A stretch of DNA of 64,000 bases from Catajapyx aquilonaris (Eukaryota). Below the pieces are notes generated by a model. The model ran no database searches. It saw nothing but the letters and a program-made list of their open reading frames with translations, and was not told where the DNA came from. This document shows, piece after piece, positions 1 to 12,469 of this stretch. Position numbers and translations under genes: made by a program. The stretch lies in the NCBI GenBank assembly GCA_000934665.2, contig KZ538335.1:62001-126000 (forward strand), in the 5' to 3' direction. Numbering within the stretch: the first letter of the stretch is position 1; each line of letters begins with the position of its first letter.

Positions 1-304
1 CGCTGAAGTCCAGGGGCTGCTCCTCTTCTTCATACACGACCATGGGGGGAGTCTTGGGCGGGGTGATAGGAGGCGGGGGAGGGGGAGGGAGGTGGGGAGG
101 GGGAAGGGGAGGGGGTGGTGGGAGCCCAGGGTTGCTGCTGCAGGGAAACAGGATGGGGCTCTTCTGCAGGGATGTTGCCGGTGGTGGTGGTACGGGCGAC
201 CTCAGGTCAGTCAACGCCAGCGCCAGCACCAGCGCCAGGGCCAAAAACCCCCAGCCGCGGGACACCGGACTTGGAAAAAAGTTACTGGTCACTGATGTCC
301 ACCC
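1..304 (-). CDS. Partial open frame, probable 5' coding region or exon of a transcriptional repressor with a CtBP-binding-like motif; runs off the window edge
   Basis: Read by hand and absent from the ORF track because it is open at the edge. After TGA at 307-305 the minus frame reads GWTSVTSNFFPSPVSRGWGFLALALVLALALTDLRSPVPPPPATSLQKSPILFPCSSNPGLPPPPPLPPPHLPPPPPPPITPPKTPPMVVYEEEEQPLDFS. The first ATG is at 43-41 and PLDFS at 16-2. An acidic-Q-PLDxS stretch plus TPPxTP is typical of CtBP-recruiting transcription factors. The true 5' boundary is unresolved: ATG43, CTG238 or a splice acceptor at 139-138. Confidence 0.55.
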
Positions 305-308
305 TCAT
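282..308 (-). other. Short upstream ORF MRVDISDQ*
   Basis: ATG at 308-306 in gctgccATGa context and TAA at 284-282, out of frame with the 1-304 frame. It is a uORF only if this region is 5' UTR. Confidence 0.35.
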
Positions 309-403
309 GGCAGCAGCAGCAGCAGCAACTGGAGTGACTTGAACGCCCGGAGAGGGGGTGTCCACCTGTTGTTGGCACTCACACTGTTTTGGCACAATTC
401 GCA

Positions 404-520
404 CTATATATTTTGGCACAGCACCGCTGGTGGACACGTGCAGTGTACGGTATGTTCTGGCTAATGTGCTGCGAGTGTGCGAGGTGAGGCTGGGCTGGAC
501 TGAGGCCCAGAACGGACTGA
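404..520 (-). promoter_or_regulatory. Candidate core promoter of the left-edge gene
   Basis: Two Initiator-like TCAGTC motifs on the minus strand (520-515 and 503-498) and TATATA at 405-410, in GC-rich context with GA-rich tracts further upstream (~1315-1352). No DPE match at +28. Motif-only evidence. Confidence 0.25.
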
Positions 521-1663
521 AAGGCGGAGAGGCCGAGCGGCCATGCCGAGCCGCGGGGGAGAAGTTGGGGGAGGAGGGTGGGTGGGATGGAGGTGGGGAG
601 GGATGGTAGGGGGGAGAGGGAAAGGGGGGGGGGGGGGNNNAGAGGGGAATTGATTACCCAGACCACTCCCGCTTGCACCTCGCCGGCCTCCAGGGGTATG
701 AAGAGAGGAGGGGTGGATCAAGTGTGTGTATGTTACATCCACAGTAATCTACCTGTTCGCACCTGATGTATACGCTGGGACATGCCCGATACGGATGTTA
801 CATCCCCGACTCCTGAGTCACATCCCGACTCCAGAGTCACAGTGTGACCAACAGGTTGAGGCAGGTCAGCAAACCGGTTCCATCCCTGACACTGGTGTCC
901 AGACTCCCAAAAATAAACCGGTCCATATTCCAAAAGGGCGTGGTCCTTGTATAATATGTGGGTCATATTACACGTACTGTATGTACACATCAAACTGGGT
1001 CGCACAACAGGTATAAGTCGTGACCCACCAACCTGTCCCATTCACAGAAGGGATGGAATTTTTTGGAGGGGGACGTCCATCATTTTTTTTTTTTTGAATA
1101 TTATCTCTCCTCTTTTTTTTTGAATAATATGAGGTGCGGGCGCATGTTTTCTTGGTTGGGGAGAGGGAAAAGGATGGGCGTCGTTTTTGCAAGTTCCATG
1201 CGCCGTGGTAGAGCCAATGCGGGCGTCGCGGGCGTCGCACGCCCCACCCCTTTTTTTTAAACTTTAAAACGGACCCCATTGGACGCGGGCTCTTCCCAAT
1301 GAGATGCACGCAGAAAGGGAAAGAGAGAGAGGGGGAAAGAGAGGGAGAGAGAGGCGTCCTCCCCTCCCCTTTCTCCACTTCCCCCCCCCCCTCTCTCCCA
1401 GGGACGCCGTATTGATTTTAATCACGCCGTCTCCGACGTCCGAGGCGTCCCTCCGACCTCCGGTGCCTCTGGCGGGTTCCTACCGAACTTTCTTGGGCCA
1501 ATCAGGATGCACCGCTTTGCTATTCAGTTTCATATCGTACGAGAATGAAAATACTGTATTTTTAATGGTATTTACTGCATACAGTAAATGCCCTGGATAA
1601 TACATATATTTACAGGCACCAGCTGGAAGTTCGTCAACAGCTTCATTTGCGTACTGAAGCGTG

Positions 1664-1800
1664 TGAAATAAATGATAATTACTGCTGAGGGATACCAATT
1701 AACGGCCAACAATTGACATGTGTAGTGGTAGCCTACCAGTACACATGTCAATTGTTGGCCGTTAATTGGTATCCCTCAGCAGTAATTATCATTTATTTCA
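1664..1800. repeat. 137-bp near-perfect palindrome
   Basis: TGAAATAAATGATAATTACTGCTGAGGGATACC...GGTATCCCTCAGCAGTAATTATCATTTATTTCA has 68-bp arms around a 1-nt centre (1732) with one mismatch (1725/1739). Confidence 0.95.
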
Positions 1801-2151
1801 GAAACCAGCAGTATATAGTTAACCCGTCGTAATGATTTCAGACTATAAAAATAATTATAGTAATAAATTAACAGCTTGCTTTTGATAATAGCATCTATCA
1901 CAATGTTCAGGAAAACAATGCTCAATTTTGCATCACAGTAGAAGGCTGTGTCTTCGCAATTGAGTCGGTAATTAAGCACATTTTGCATTACGATAAATTG
2001 TGCCCCGCTTATACTCTTAAAAGGAGGTTGTAATAATTTTTCTATAGGCCCCACCAATAATTATTATCCTCGGAATGTCTCAAATAACTGGAACTATTTA
2101 ATGGCCATCTCTTACATGTATAGTTTTGGATTCAATGTATTGAGAACGTGG

Positions 2152-2257
2152 TTTATTTATTTATTTATTTATTCATTCATTCATTTATTTATTAATTGCT
2201 GTTATGTCGGGGCCTGAGTTCCCCCTAAAGACCCTGTAGGGTCATAACGGGTGTACG
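2152..2257. repeat. (TTTA)n/(TTCA)n microsatellite with an adjacent short stem-loop; possible retroposon 3'-end remnant
   Basis: The microsatellite spans ~2152-2192. It is followed by CCCCTAAAGACCCTGTAGGGTCATAACGGGTGTA (GACCCT/AGGGTC stem), which loosely resembles the 3' stem-loop of the SINE at 12470-12508. Confidence 0.35.
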
Positions 2258-5200
2258 CAAAAATAATATTGTAAAAAAGAAATTTCTCTATGTGAAAACT
2301 GACCATGACCATTGACCACCATAATTCAATTCTAGAGGGATCCTCTCTCGGTATAAAAATTACAAATGAACTTGCAATTGAACACTTGCAGAAAAGGGTG
2401 GCGCTATGGACCCCCCCTCCCCCTTCTCCTAGCAAGTTGCTTGTCCTTCCCTTCCCTCCCTCCCTCCCTCCCTCCCAGTATCCACATGGAGGAAGTCAGG
2501 CCGAGAGTCATAAGGGCGGAAAAATGGGCTCCGCTCGTTTATTTGCGCCCGTGCCGCTGCCAGAAATCAGCGCCCATTTATTTGGAGCCAGCCGAGCGAG
2601 CGGCCCGAAAGCGCCGATTAGCTTTCTCCCGATATAAATTGCTGCATTTGACTTCCCTCCCCCACCCCAAACTACACTTGGGGACCCGGAGACAAAGGCC
2701 CTCCCCGACTGACTAAAATTGTCCCCGCACGCCCCCCTCCCCCCCCCCCCATAGTAATTGATGCTTCCAATGACCCCCCCTCTTCATTGTTGCAGTTGCT
2801 TCCAAGTTACGTGATGCCAGTGTCAATTCCCATGTCTTGATCTGCATGTGCAGCACGTATCCAGATCAATGGACATGGCTACTAAGCTATATGAATACAC
2901 AGTGAATTCCAACAATACCAACAATAGCTCCGCCCAGTGCGTCACAGTGGCGTCAACCATAGGCGGCGGGCGATCTTCTTTTGCCTTTAAAATAGCGGCC
3001 TTAACGAGATCCCAGGCCCAGCACCTGCCCTGGGGCCCTGATAATTGGATGATAATTGGACCCACTCGCAGAGCCATTCTTTTCCATGATTCCTCGGGGA
3101 CAGCTCTGCAACCTCTGAACCGCCCAGATATTCAAAAGGTCTCCAAAATTTCGACACATAACTCAAACCAGACATGTCAACACTACGGGAAGGAGAGAGA
3201 GAAAAAATATGTGGAAAACAATAACTGGGCGTGGCTCAACAACCCTATAGTCTTATTACCGCCGACTGGGGAGACAGCATGGCAAAAAGATGCCAAACGG
3301 GAGCCACGGGCGCAGCTTCCAATATCTCGCGGGGATTTATGGTTTTGTCAGAACAAAAGGAATCCCGCAGGAGACGAAGAGAGAGAGAGAAACGGAAAAA
3401 AAATGGGAGAAAGAAAAGGTTTCGTTTCTGGCGCTCCCAAAGGGTTATGGATGTTCCAGGAAGTCATCGCCACGTCCTGCTGTTTACTCTTAACGGGGGG
3501 ATGGAGTTTTAAAAATAAAAAATAAAAATAAACGGGGGCATACGCGTTTATATGCTGACGAAAGGGTTCACACGGGTGTCGTTGGTCGTTGCGATCTCCA
3601 GCAGGTATATCGCAAACAAGCACCTGAAGCACGAGTAGGCAACGTGGCATGAAACTGACACCCTCGCAGCCTCCCTATTGGTTTCATCTTTCGCGTGCCG
3701 GCCATCTCAGCCAATCAGCAAACACCGACGCTGCCACATCTGGCTTCCATCCACCATTTTGTGTCAAAGTGCATAGAGAATGAAGTGTGGCGCTTTATTG
3801 CTTCGGGGGGGAAAAATCAGGTCAGCCGATCCCATTGCCTGGCTATAGGAAACCGACGGCGGCTGCCAATGGCGCACACAAAGAAAACTACTTCACCTGT
3901 CATTAGGGCTAATAAATCTCGTTTGGCCAGCTCCAAGGACATCAATTTTCATTTCCACCGTCACGACTCCATTTGGATTGTAAATGAAGCCAGGGACTCT
4001 ACGCACGCCCACCAATATACAACACTATGCCAATTTGATCATGACTGTACATGCACTTATTTGTCATTTCAGTTGTTATTGTCCATAGTCGCGCTTTTTT
4101 TTATTATTTAAAAAAAATATATTGCGCAATTGACATGCTTCAATGTTTCCGCAGTAAATCCCACAAATCACAACGTAGCCAATCATGACTCATAGTAATT
4201 GGTATAAGCAACATCTGGATGACCTTTTTGTGTCATAAATAGTTTTTCGCCCGCGGATTATAAGGAAGAGTTCTATTTCGCCCCTAAGGCGGGCCATAAA
4301 CATTCGTCCTTGTCACGGTTCGGTATCAAGTGTTACATCCACCCGAATAGTTTTCCCCCCCAAAAACACGTTACCATTTTTTTCTTCTTCCAAAAGTCCC
4401 TCACGGTTCAGAATAAGAGAAAACACACCCAAAAAAAAACCCCGTACCCTCGGACACCCAGATAAGAATCGTCCAAGGTCTTCCAAAAATTCCAGTCCTA
4501 AAACACTGTTCCCTATTCTGGCCGCCATATTCCCCCCCAGATCGTGTGATGGTTTTTGGCATCCGATCCTCCATCGTAGCTCCATTCAAGAAGCATCCCC
4601 CAAACTCCTCCTCCGGGTACAGAATGAAAGAAGCTGTTTTTTATTATAGTAAAAAAAAAACGGCGTGTGAAGGCAGCCGTTAGTACCCGTGCCATCCACG
4701 CGGATCCCGCTATTCGGACCAACCCTTTTCAATGGGGGCTGGGTTTTCTAAAGGGCCAAAAATGGTGGGGGCCATACCCCAAAACGTTTGAGCACACGTT
4801 TGAAAAATATTTTTTAAAAATGGCGGTGCATATTGAAACTATCGTCTACCAAGTCCACGATTTCCAAACCAGTTTGCCAAAAAAAAAATGCAATTGGTAA
4901 AGACAGAAATTGTACAGAATAGGTGCCATTGCACTCGTCACTGGCCATTGGCCTCTACAACACTGTCCCTATTGACATGCAAAAAAAAAAATCCACACGG
5001 TTTGGTCAGTCACGCCGTCATTTTTTTTTTGTAGGTCCCCTATAGAATAAGTGGCAGATTTTGAATGAGGCTCCAATCTGAATAGGGTTTGAATGGTGGC
5101 CCAGAGTCCATTTTGGATATCTTCTGGAAGGGATCTTTACTGCTCCATCATGCTTCTACTGCTTCTGATGCATATCCAGGTCCTCTTTGGTGTGAACGAT

Positions 5201-5277
5201 ACTTGATCGATTATTTATGGCGGATTAGTTCAAATTGCTATGGGGGAAGATATGATCAAAAAAAAAGGGGGGGGGGG

Positions 5278-5292
5278 NNNNNNNNNNNNNNN
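5278..5292. other. Assembly gap (N run) after a poly-G tract
   Basis: 15 N directly after a G run. Confidence 0.95.
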
Positions 5293-8200
5293 GAAGCCAG
5301 ACCAACAATGTTTCGCTTTGAACTGTGACCGACTGCAGTGCATGAAACAATAGAGACTGCAACCTCTGGTTTGTCAATCCAGAGTTACATGTGTGATCTG
5401 GAAGATACGACTGACAGCCTTCTGACGTAATTTGTTATCCCGTTACAAGGAGAACATCTGTTTGATAAATCACATACTGTAGAATTCGCCCATAAGTGAA
5501 CTTTTCTGCTTTTAATAACGAACTGATCGCATGATCTACACATATTACTAGGAAACTAGGTATTAAAAGGCCTTAGGCAACTTCCTTCAAGTTTCAACGT
5601 AAAATGCACATAATTACGGAATTTCTGCCGGAAATATTACACCCCTGCTTTTCTCAATATAGACTACTCGCACCACAGTTATAATTACAGGTGTGGATCT
5701 TACTGGGAAATCCAAAAGTAGCCCTTTTGATCCGCTTAATTACAGTTAAACATCACATTTCGTACAAAAAAAAACATTAACGGTTCAAGATTTAAAAAGA
5801 ACAGGCTTATTTCCTAGCACTGCCGATGACCTTGCCATGGTAGCAAGAAAGGTAGCAATAAAGCTCAGGTAAATCTATCCAGGGGTAAAAGAAGCAAGAA
5901 AAGAGGCAGGCAACTGGCCCTGGCTTCTCGGCCAGTATTCAAAAGGCTGCTGGAAGAAGAAAAATGAGTCCGGAGGGGAGGTGGAAGAAGAAGAAGAAAG
6001 AAAAAAAAAAGGAGGGGTCGGGGGGAGGTGGTGGTGGTGGTGGTGGGGAAGAAAGGTATGCAAATTCCCGCACGGCCAAGGCTACCAACCAGGCAAAGCA
6101 AGGTGAGACGCACAGCGATTTTTGCATTCATTCCATCAGGCAAAAGGCGTAGATCCTGTGCGGTTCACCCGCCAGCTAAAAAACCAAATGGGCCGGCACA
6201 ATCCGTGAGAAGAGTTTGCAATCTTTTTGCCCCGAATATTAATTGGGACGCGTTAATTTGGGATCTCCCTATATACACAAACCCCCTTCTGGGCAACAAG
6301 CATGTGACTCAAATAAATATTTGCTCCCCCAAATTTTGTAAATGGTACGAATTTTCACATAATTTTGTACGGAAAAAATAAATTAATGGAGGGTCTATCT
6401 AAGCGTGACTGTGCGTGACACGGGGGTACAGGGTCCAAAATCAGCGTGACGTACTTTATGCACGACCACTTTACATCCAGAAACCAGTTTACAGATAAAC
6501 TTGTTACAAAAATGGACTTGCTGGTGTAAACAATTCTTGCTGGATACGAAATGTGTCAGTGTGTGGTCGAAATTAATTAAAATAGTTTTTAGTTCTGAGA
6601 GCAGGTGATTTATCATATATGCTCCTTATATGCATATATATGTGGGGGAGATTAAACAAAAGGGGCTCCCTGGCAATGAAGGACGGCACTAATTTGGCGT
6701 CAAGGAGACAGATTCCACAGGGCGGCCACTTTGATCTGGGGTTGTCAGGCTCGTTCCAAGGTTCCAAGCCCCGTCGGAAATGTAAAAATTCCAGTGGGCG
6801 GGATATGCAAATTGCGACGGGCGCCAACCAAAACCGGGCTCCAGGATACCAAGAAGGCGCAAAAAAAAAATATCTGATAGTGCAAATGCGCAGTGGAACG
6901 AAACAATTTACTGAACGTCCCCCATAAGAATAAGCAAGCATGCGTGATATTTCCGCTTCTTTTCTTCGATCATGAGCCATATTTTTTTTTTAAAGGAGCC
7001 TATATTTTTTGTGTGTTGGTAGGCCGTTTCGGTGCTCCTCATCACCTTCTGTAATCACCTGTGTGGAAGAAGGTGGCGGCAACCGCACACAAAAAAAAAT
7101 TGAAAAAGGATTGGGTCGTTATTATGCAGGATGCAAATGAGGATTTGCCTCAGGCAGGTTCCCAGATCACGACTTTGCCACTGAAGTCACTCACTCCATT
7201 CTACCACCTATTTTTTTTATATACATATGGCCACAGCAGGACTATAATCCTTTCTCCTTGGCTGCGGCAGAAACCGGAAGCTTTTCGCACTTTCCAACCC
7301 ACTTTAATGTTGCAAATCGTTACACACAATTGCTACATTGTATAAAATAGGGTTTTATGGCGAATCCAAAAAATCATATTCCGAACCTAACCAACCTGAA
7401 ACCTGAAATTAAATTTTGATTAAAATAAACTGATGAATCATCTAAAATCCATCGAATGAAATCGCTACTTAGCATATCGTCTGGCGCCATATCCGATCCG
7501 CCTTCGTCTGCATGACACCAGATTCTTCGAAACCCATTTTTTTTTCCACGTCCTATAACCCCCACTTCGTTTCACTTGCTGTCCCTTTCGGCACTTTATT
7601 ACTAGTTACTTGAAATGGTGAGCGCCTCATTACGCTCGGACCATTCTGTGTACAATTGGACCTGCTCATCCCGCTCTAGGAAACTGTGCGAAATACCCTT
7701 CCGAGAACGGTCATCGCACCACCCACATAGACACTCCCGAATTTAATTATTCATCTCACACGGACAAATCACTAAAAACTGCAATATTTTTGCACACATT
7801 CATTCGACAAAAAAAATCGGAATTATATATTTACGACTTTGCATCACCTTATACGACTTGTCAGTGTCACTAATTACTTTATTAATGCTATCAGAAGAGT
7901 CGTGATTCTTCCGCAGGCTTCAATCAAACATGATCCGATTTATGTTGGGTTCTCACCTAATTGGAAAACTGCAAAGAAAATTACCGAAGCCGGAACGAAC
8001 CAAAAACTTCTTTTTTTTTTAAAATAACGAAAATCGTGCAGTTCCCGCTTTCATTTTTAAACTTTACAGCCTCATTACTTTTATTATTTAATGGCGGTTC
8101 ATTTTCATAACTGCTTCTCTCTCGCATGGGAAATTACCTGTCTTATGTCACATTCGCCACCACACTAATTTTTTTTTGCGAACGACACGTTACGGTTGAC

Positions 8201-11200
8201 GTGCACATGGTCATAGGGCAATTATCGATATCCTTGTGGAAATCCCACATGATTGGCCCCTAATATTTCAATAGTGTGCAATATTTATAAGAACAGATTA
8301 TAAATTACAGTGAATTTGCTGCCGGGATTTTCCATTGGTCGGATCTGGAAAAAAAAAAAATCGGGCCAAGTCCAAAGTAGTGTAACATCAAATTCGCGGA
8401 ACTTGAGGGACCACCACGACATGTAATATTTCCCAGCACGCCATGCTGCTCACCTTTGCTGTATACAAAAAAAATTACTGAAAAGCACAACAAATAGTGA
8501 ACTTAGTTCCATGTGAATTATAAGGATGAATGGCGGCCAAGCCACTTCCTTATTGCCTTCCTTTTTCTCGTAACCAATTTCAATTCGCAAATTATCCTTA
8601 CAAGCTTGCCACCCGGCTTCACTTGTCTATTACCCGCTATATTATGACTCTTTTTCGCTTCCCCTAATTTCTCTTGAGCACTGCACAGCTCATCTCAATG
8701 GTAGCGCTTTGGTCAAATTGCCGAATCCCATAAAACGCTGTGGGATATTCGGGTTTATTGTCGAGAAAACTGGTGGGGAAATTATGGTCCTATATACCTT
8801 GTTTAAAAAAAAAAAAAAACTCTGGGGTGTTCGGCACGTTATTGTTGAGACAAAAAGGAAGACAAAGTATTGGGGGCGGTATAGCAACGATGTGGGGAAG
8901 TCATTGGCTTTCTTGTCAAAATATATGTAGTTTCAGTGCAAAAATCCAGTCACGATATACTTGCGCAATTGTGCATGAAGATAACATGACAAACTAGAAA
9001 GGCAAGCTATTGGCAATATGCGCAATATCATATGTACAAATTTTTACACAAATTCGCACAAACCTTGCACAGCATTGGATCATTAATAATCGTATACCAT
9101 TGTTGCATGCTCATTGCAGCTGACAGTGGCAGACCTTATGGCGTGTGAAACTGTTACTGTGCACAGTAGAGGCATGAATTAGCATAAATCCGGGTCTGAG
9201 AGAAAACGGGGATGCAAAAAACAAGAAAAAGGATGTTGTCTGCCGTGTCTGGACAACTCCTCTCATTATGATCTACCTTCAGATGGGCTAAATAAATGGC
9301 TGCCGTGTCGGGTCCGACATGCACGCAAATGCAATTACACCTCAGGAGTACCATCCCAAGCTATTTGCACTTCACTCTTATCGTCGCTCCATCTCCTCCC
9401 AAAAACTTTGTCTTATTCTTATCTTGTTAACGTTCCATTGTAATTATTCGCATTCCTTTCCGCAGGTTATGACTTCCGCAGCATGAGGAATATCGTCCGA
9501 TTAATTGTATGACATTTTCAGGTGTTGCGCTCAACAGTTGGAAAAAGAGGAGGAGGGGGGGGGGGGGACCCCGTTGCATGAAACAAATTCCCTTCTCCCC
9601 TCATTTCCCTACCGTCATCAATCATCCAAATGATTGCAATAAAGAATGTCACGAAAGCAACACTCGAGATTTCCCTGCACCTTTTTGCCGTCTCTCTGGC
9701 GGATGGTAAAGTAATTACCTACATGCAGATTAATTTCCCTTCTTCTTGTATCCAGTCCAAGTACTGGAAAAATCCCCCGCCATATTAATCGTCCCGTTGT
9801 TGTTTTTCCAGTGATATGCAAATCACGCTAAGCCCCTTTTGATGTCCCGACTCCAGCGCTTTCCCACGGTAAGCTCTGAAAATTCCAGACGCAAAATATG
9901 CACCTAGACATTCATTAAAAAATAATTATATTCGCATTGCACAAGTTTTATCCATCAGCAATTTGGCTCAACATTAAACTGTAGTGCATAAAATATTTGT
10001 TGTCATATACATATTTTTATGCATTAGTTGGGATCAGACTGTGGACCAGAGTGTACCACAGCAATTAAGGAACACACAGGGGATTAATGAGCGCACACGT
10101 AATAAAGGGCGGCACAAACCCATATCACAAGTGAGCTTTCGTGAGCAAGTCTGCTGATCTGGCCTGAGGGGTACATACAAACACACCCCACCCAGCCTAT
10201 ACACCCCCTTTTATCCTAAACCAAGGGGGTGAACTGGTGGAGAGAAAGAGAAAAAAAAAACACATTTGGCCCGAGGCTGATTAACATGTCGGCCAATTAG
10301 CTCAGGTGCCAGCCAAGACTCCCTCATTACCATGTCACCAGGACTAGCTCAGGTGATTAATTGAGCTGGCCCCACGCTGAGAGAGGTCTCTCGTCGGTCC
10401 CATTCCGCCAAAAAGGCTTTTTTAATACACGGTACTATACGTACCGGGGGTGCATTCAATGATGGGCATGTATTTAGTGTGCTATGGAGTCACAGTTGAT
10501 GTCAAATAATTCCATACTAGGCACCAACTTGCCAAAATTAGGCAACAAATTAGGCAAATGTACGCACCAGGCAGCCCTATCGAAGCGACATCCGACGATG
10601 AAGTGCAGAAGTAAGCGAGGTGGCGCCCGGAACGACGGATATGGGAATTCCGTGGAAGGTCCGCGGTCGGTTTTTCTTGCGTTTTTTGAGCTTCGGCAGC
10701 GTTTCCAAAACAAAAAACAAAAGTTGTTTGCAAATATAGAAAACACGGGCAAAATTTTGACACCACTCCCAAAGCTGCGGGAGGAGTTCCCATGACAGTC
10801 GGATTTTAATAATTTAGATACTTTACTTCGGCAATATAACCCAAAAGAAATCCTTGACGTTACACCCTGTACATTTGTTGCCACCTCTGATTTTGTTTTT
10901 TGCTCCGAAATGGCGCTTCTTTCGCAACTGTATATCTCGAGCATCTTCTGGACCATGTTGAATGCAAAGTGCTTTTCCCTAATGGACTCGACCCGTTTTT
11001 TCTTTCATTGCTGAAGATCACACTAATGGCCCCGCTTTTTCTCGGACGAATATTTTTCCTCAAGGCGTGGTTTCAAAAGTGCATATGCACCGTCCCACGA
11101 AAACGGAAAAAAGCGGTCCTCGCCGAAAAAGAAAAAAAAATGTCCTGAGGTGGAAAGATGGAGACAGAATCTTGCGGGGATGAAACGGAAATTGCAGACT

Positions 11201-11581
11201 GCGGTTGGTAAGTCGGGCGGACAGACCTACGTAATAGTGCTGCCTTTGCGATTCTCATAACGAGCAACACGTCAAGCGTGCACCTCTGATAAGGTAAAGA
11301 CCGGACTTAGGGCCAAAAAGGGCAGCTCAGCCCGACCGCCTCTTTCCATTGATCTTTCCCCCATCTTTAGCTAATACTTGCAGACCTGGACATTAAGAGG
11401 CTTAGAATTTTCCCTCCCCTGCCTGCCCCTGCCTGCAGCGGTCATCTTGAGAGAACTTGGGCTTCATTAGTGTTATCAGAAAGTTGCAGGGGGCTCATAA
11501 GCTGTATTTGCCATAATAGTCACTGTATAGTGAAGTATATCAGCAACTGCATGGAAAAAAAAAATCCATAACCTATTCCTA

Positions 11582-11907
11582 CACTCTATAAAAAAAATTT
11601 CGAATGTGTTTCCACTCGATTTGAGTGATTTTTCGTCTACTTGATTTGAGTGGAAATAACTCGATCGCTTGAGGGAAAAATTTGCAGATTGAGCGATTTT
11701 TCAGTCAATTTTAGTGAAATTTCCACTCAGATTCGAGCGAAAATTGGGTTTCACTCAAGAAAGAGTAGTCTGCCAGCCATTTTCACTGTTCTTCCACTCG
11801 ATTAGAATTAAAGTAAATCCTTCCGGAGTGAAATTAACTCAAAAATAGACTTTTGCGAAAAAATGGTTCCTTTTTTGAGTGAAATCTTCGCTCGAATTTT
11901 TAGAGAG
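11582..11907. mobile_element. Non-autonomous DNA transposon (MITE) with CACTCTA...TAGAGAG termini, flanked by TA
   Basis: TA|CACTCTATAAAAAAAATTTCGA ... TCGAATTTTTAGAGAG|TA. The interior is rich in CACTC/GAGTG subrepeats, and part of it recurs at 12850-13019. Confidence 0.65.
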
Positions 11908-12307
11908 TACTTTGTCGCAAGAGTATTTCACTCTAAAAGATTTCGAGTGAAGTTATCACTCAAAAATTGCATTTTGCGAAATTGCTCATTTTATGATTGA
12001 AATCTTCACTCGAATATTTTTAGAGGGTACTTTATCGCAACAGTATAGGCCTACCGCATTTCACTCTAAAACATTTCTAGTGAAGATATCACTCAAAAAG
12101 AGCATTTTGCGAAATTGTTCAATTTTCGAGTGAAATCTTCACTCGAAATTTTTAGATAGTAGGCTGCTTTTTCGCAGGAGTATTTCACTCTAAAAAATTT
12201 CACTCAAAGAGAGCAGTTTCCGAAATTGCTCCTTTTATGAGTGAAATTTTCACTCGAAATTTTTTAGAGAGATGCTTGGAACCTTATACCTTTTCGCAAG
12301 AGTATTT
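11908..12307. repeat. Tandem array of three ~86-99 bp self-palindromic mini-MITE units with a shared linker
   Basis: Units at 11929-12027, 12062-12159 and 12186-12271 each read CACTCTAAAA...TTCACTCGAA..TTTTAGA-. A linker related to TTTCGCAAGAGTATTT follows the large element and each unit. Confidence 0.8.
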
Positions 12308-12355
12308 CTTGCGAATTAAGACAGATTGAAATATAGCGATGTTTCAAAACAATTA

Positions 12356-12381
12356 TTATTATTATTATTATTATTGTTATT

Positions 12382-12469
<88 letters not shown>

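Noticed and set aside
42..464. Plus-strand 140-aa Gly-rich ORF
   Set aside because: It is the antisense shadow of the poly-Pro minus-strand frame and has no recognisable motif.
2202..2435. YDPTGSL resembling the tarsal-less/mille-pattes LDPTGxY peptide motif
   Set aside because: The motif is imperfect, is not terminal, is not repeated in neighbouring smORFs, and coincides with a DNA stem-loop.
2848..3525. Longest ORF (225 aa)
   Set aside because: No domain-like sequence. It crosses GA and poly-A simple sequence, and its length is compatible with chance.
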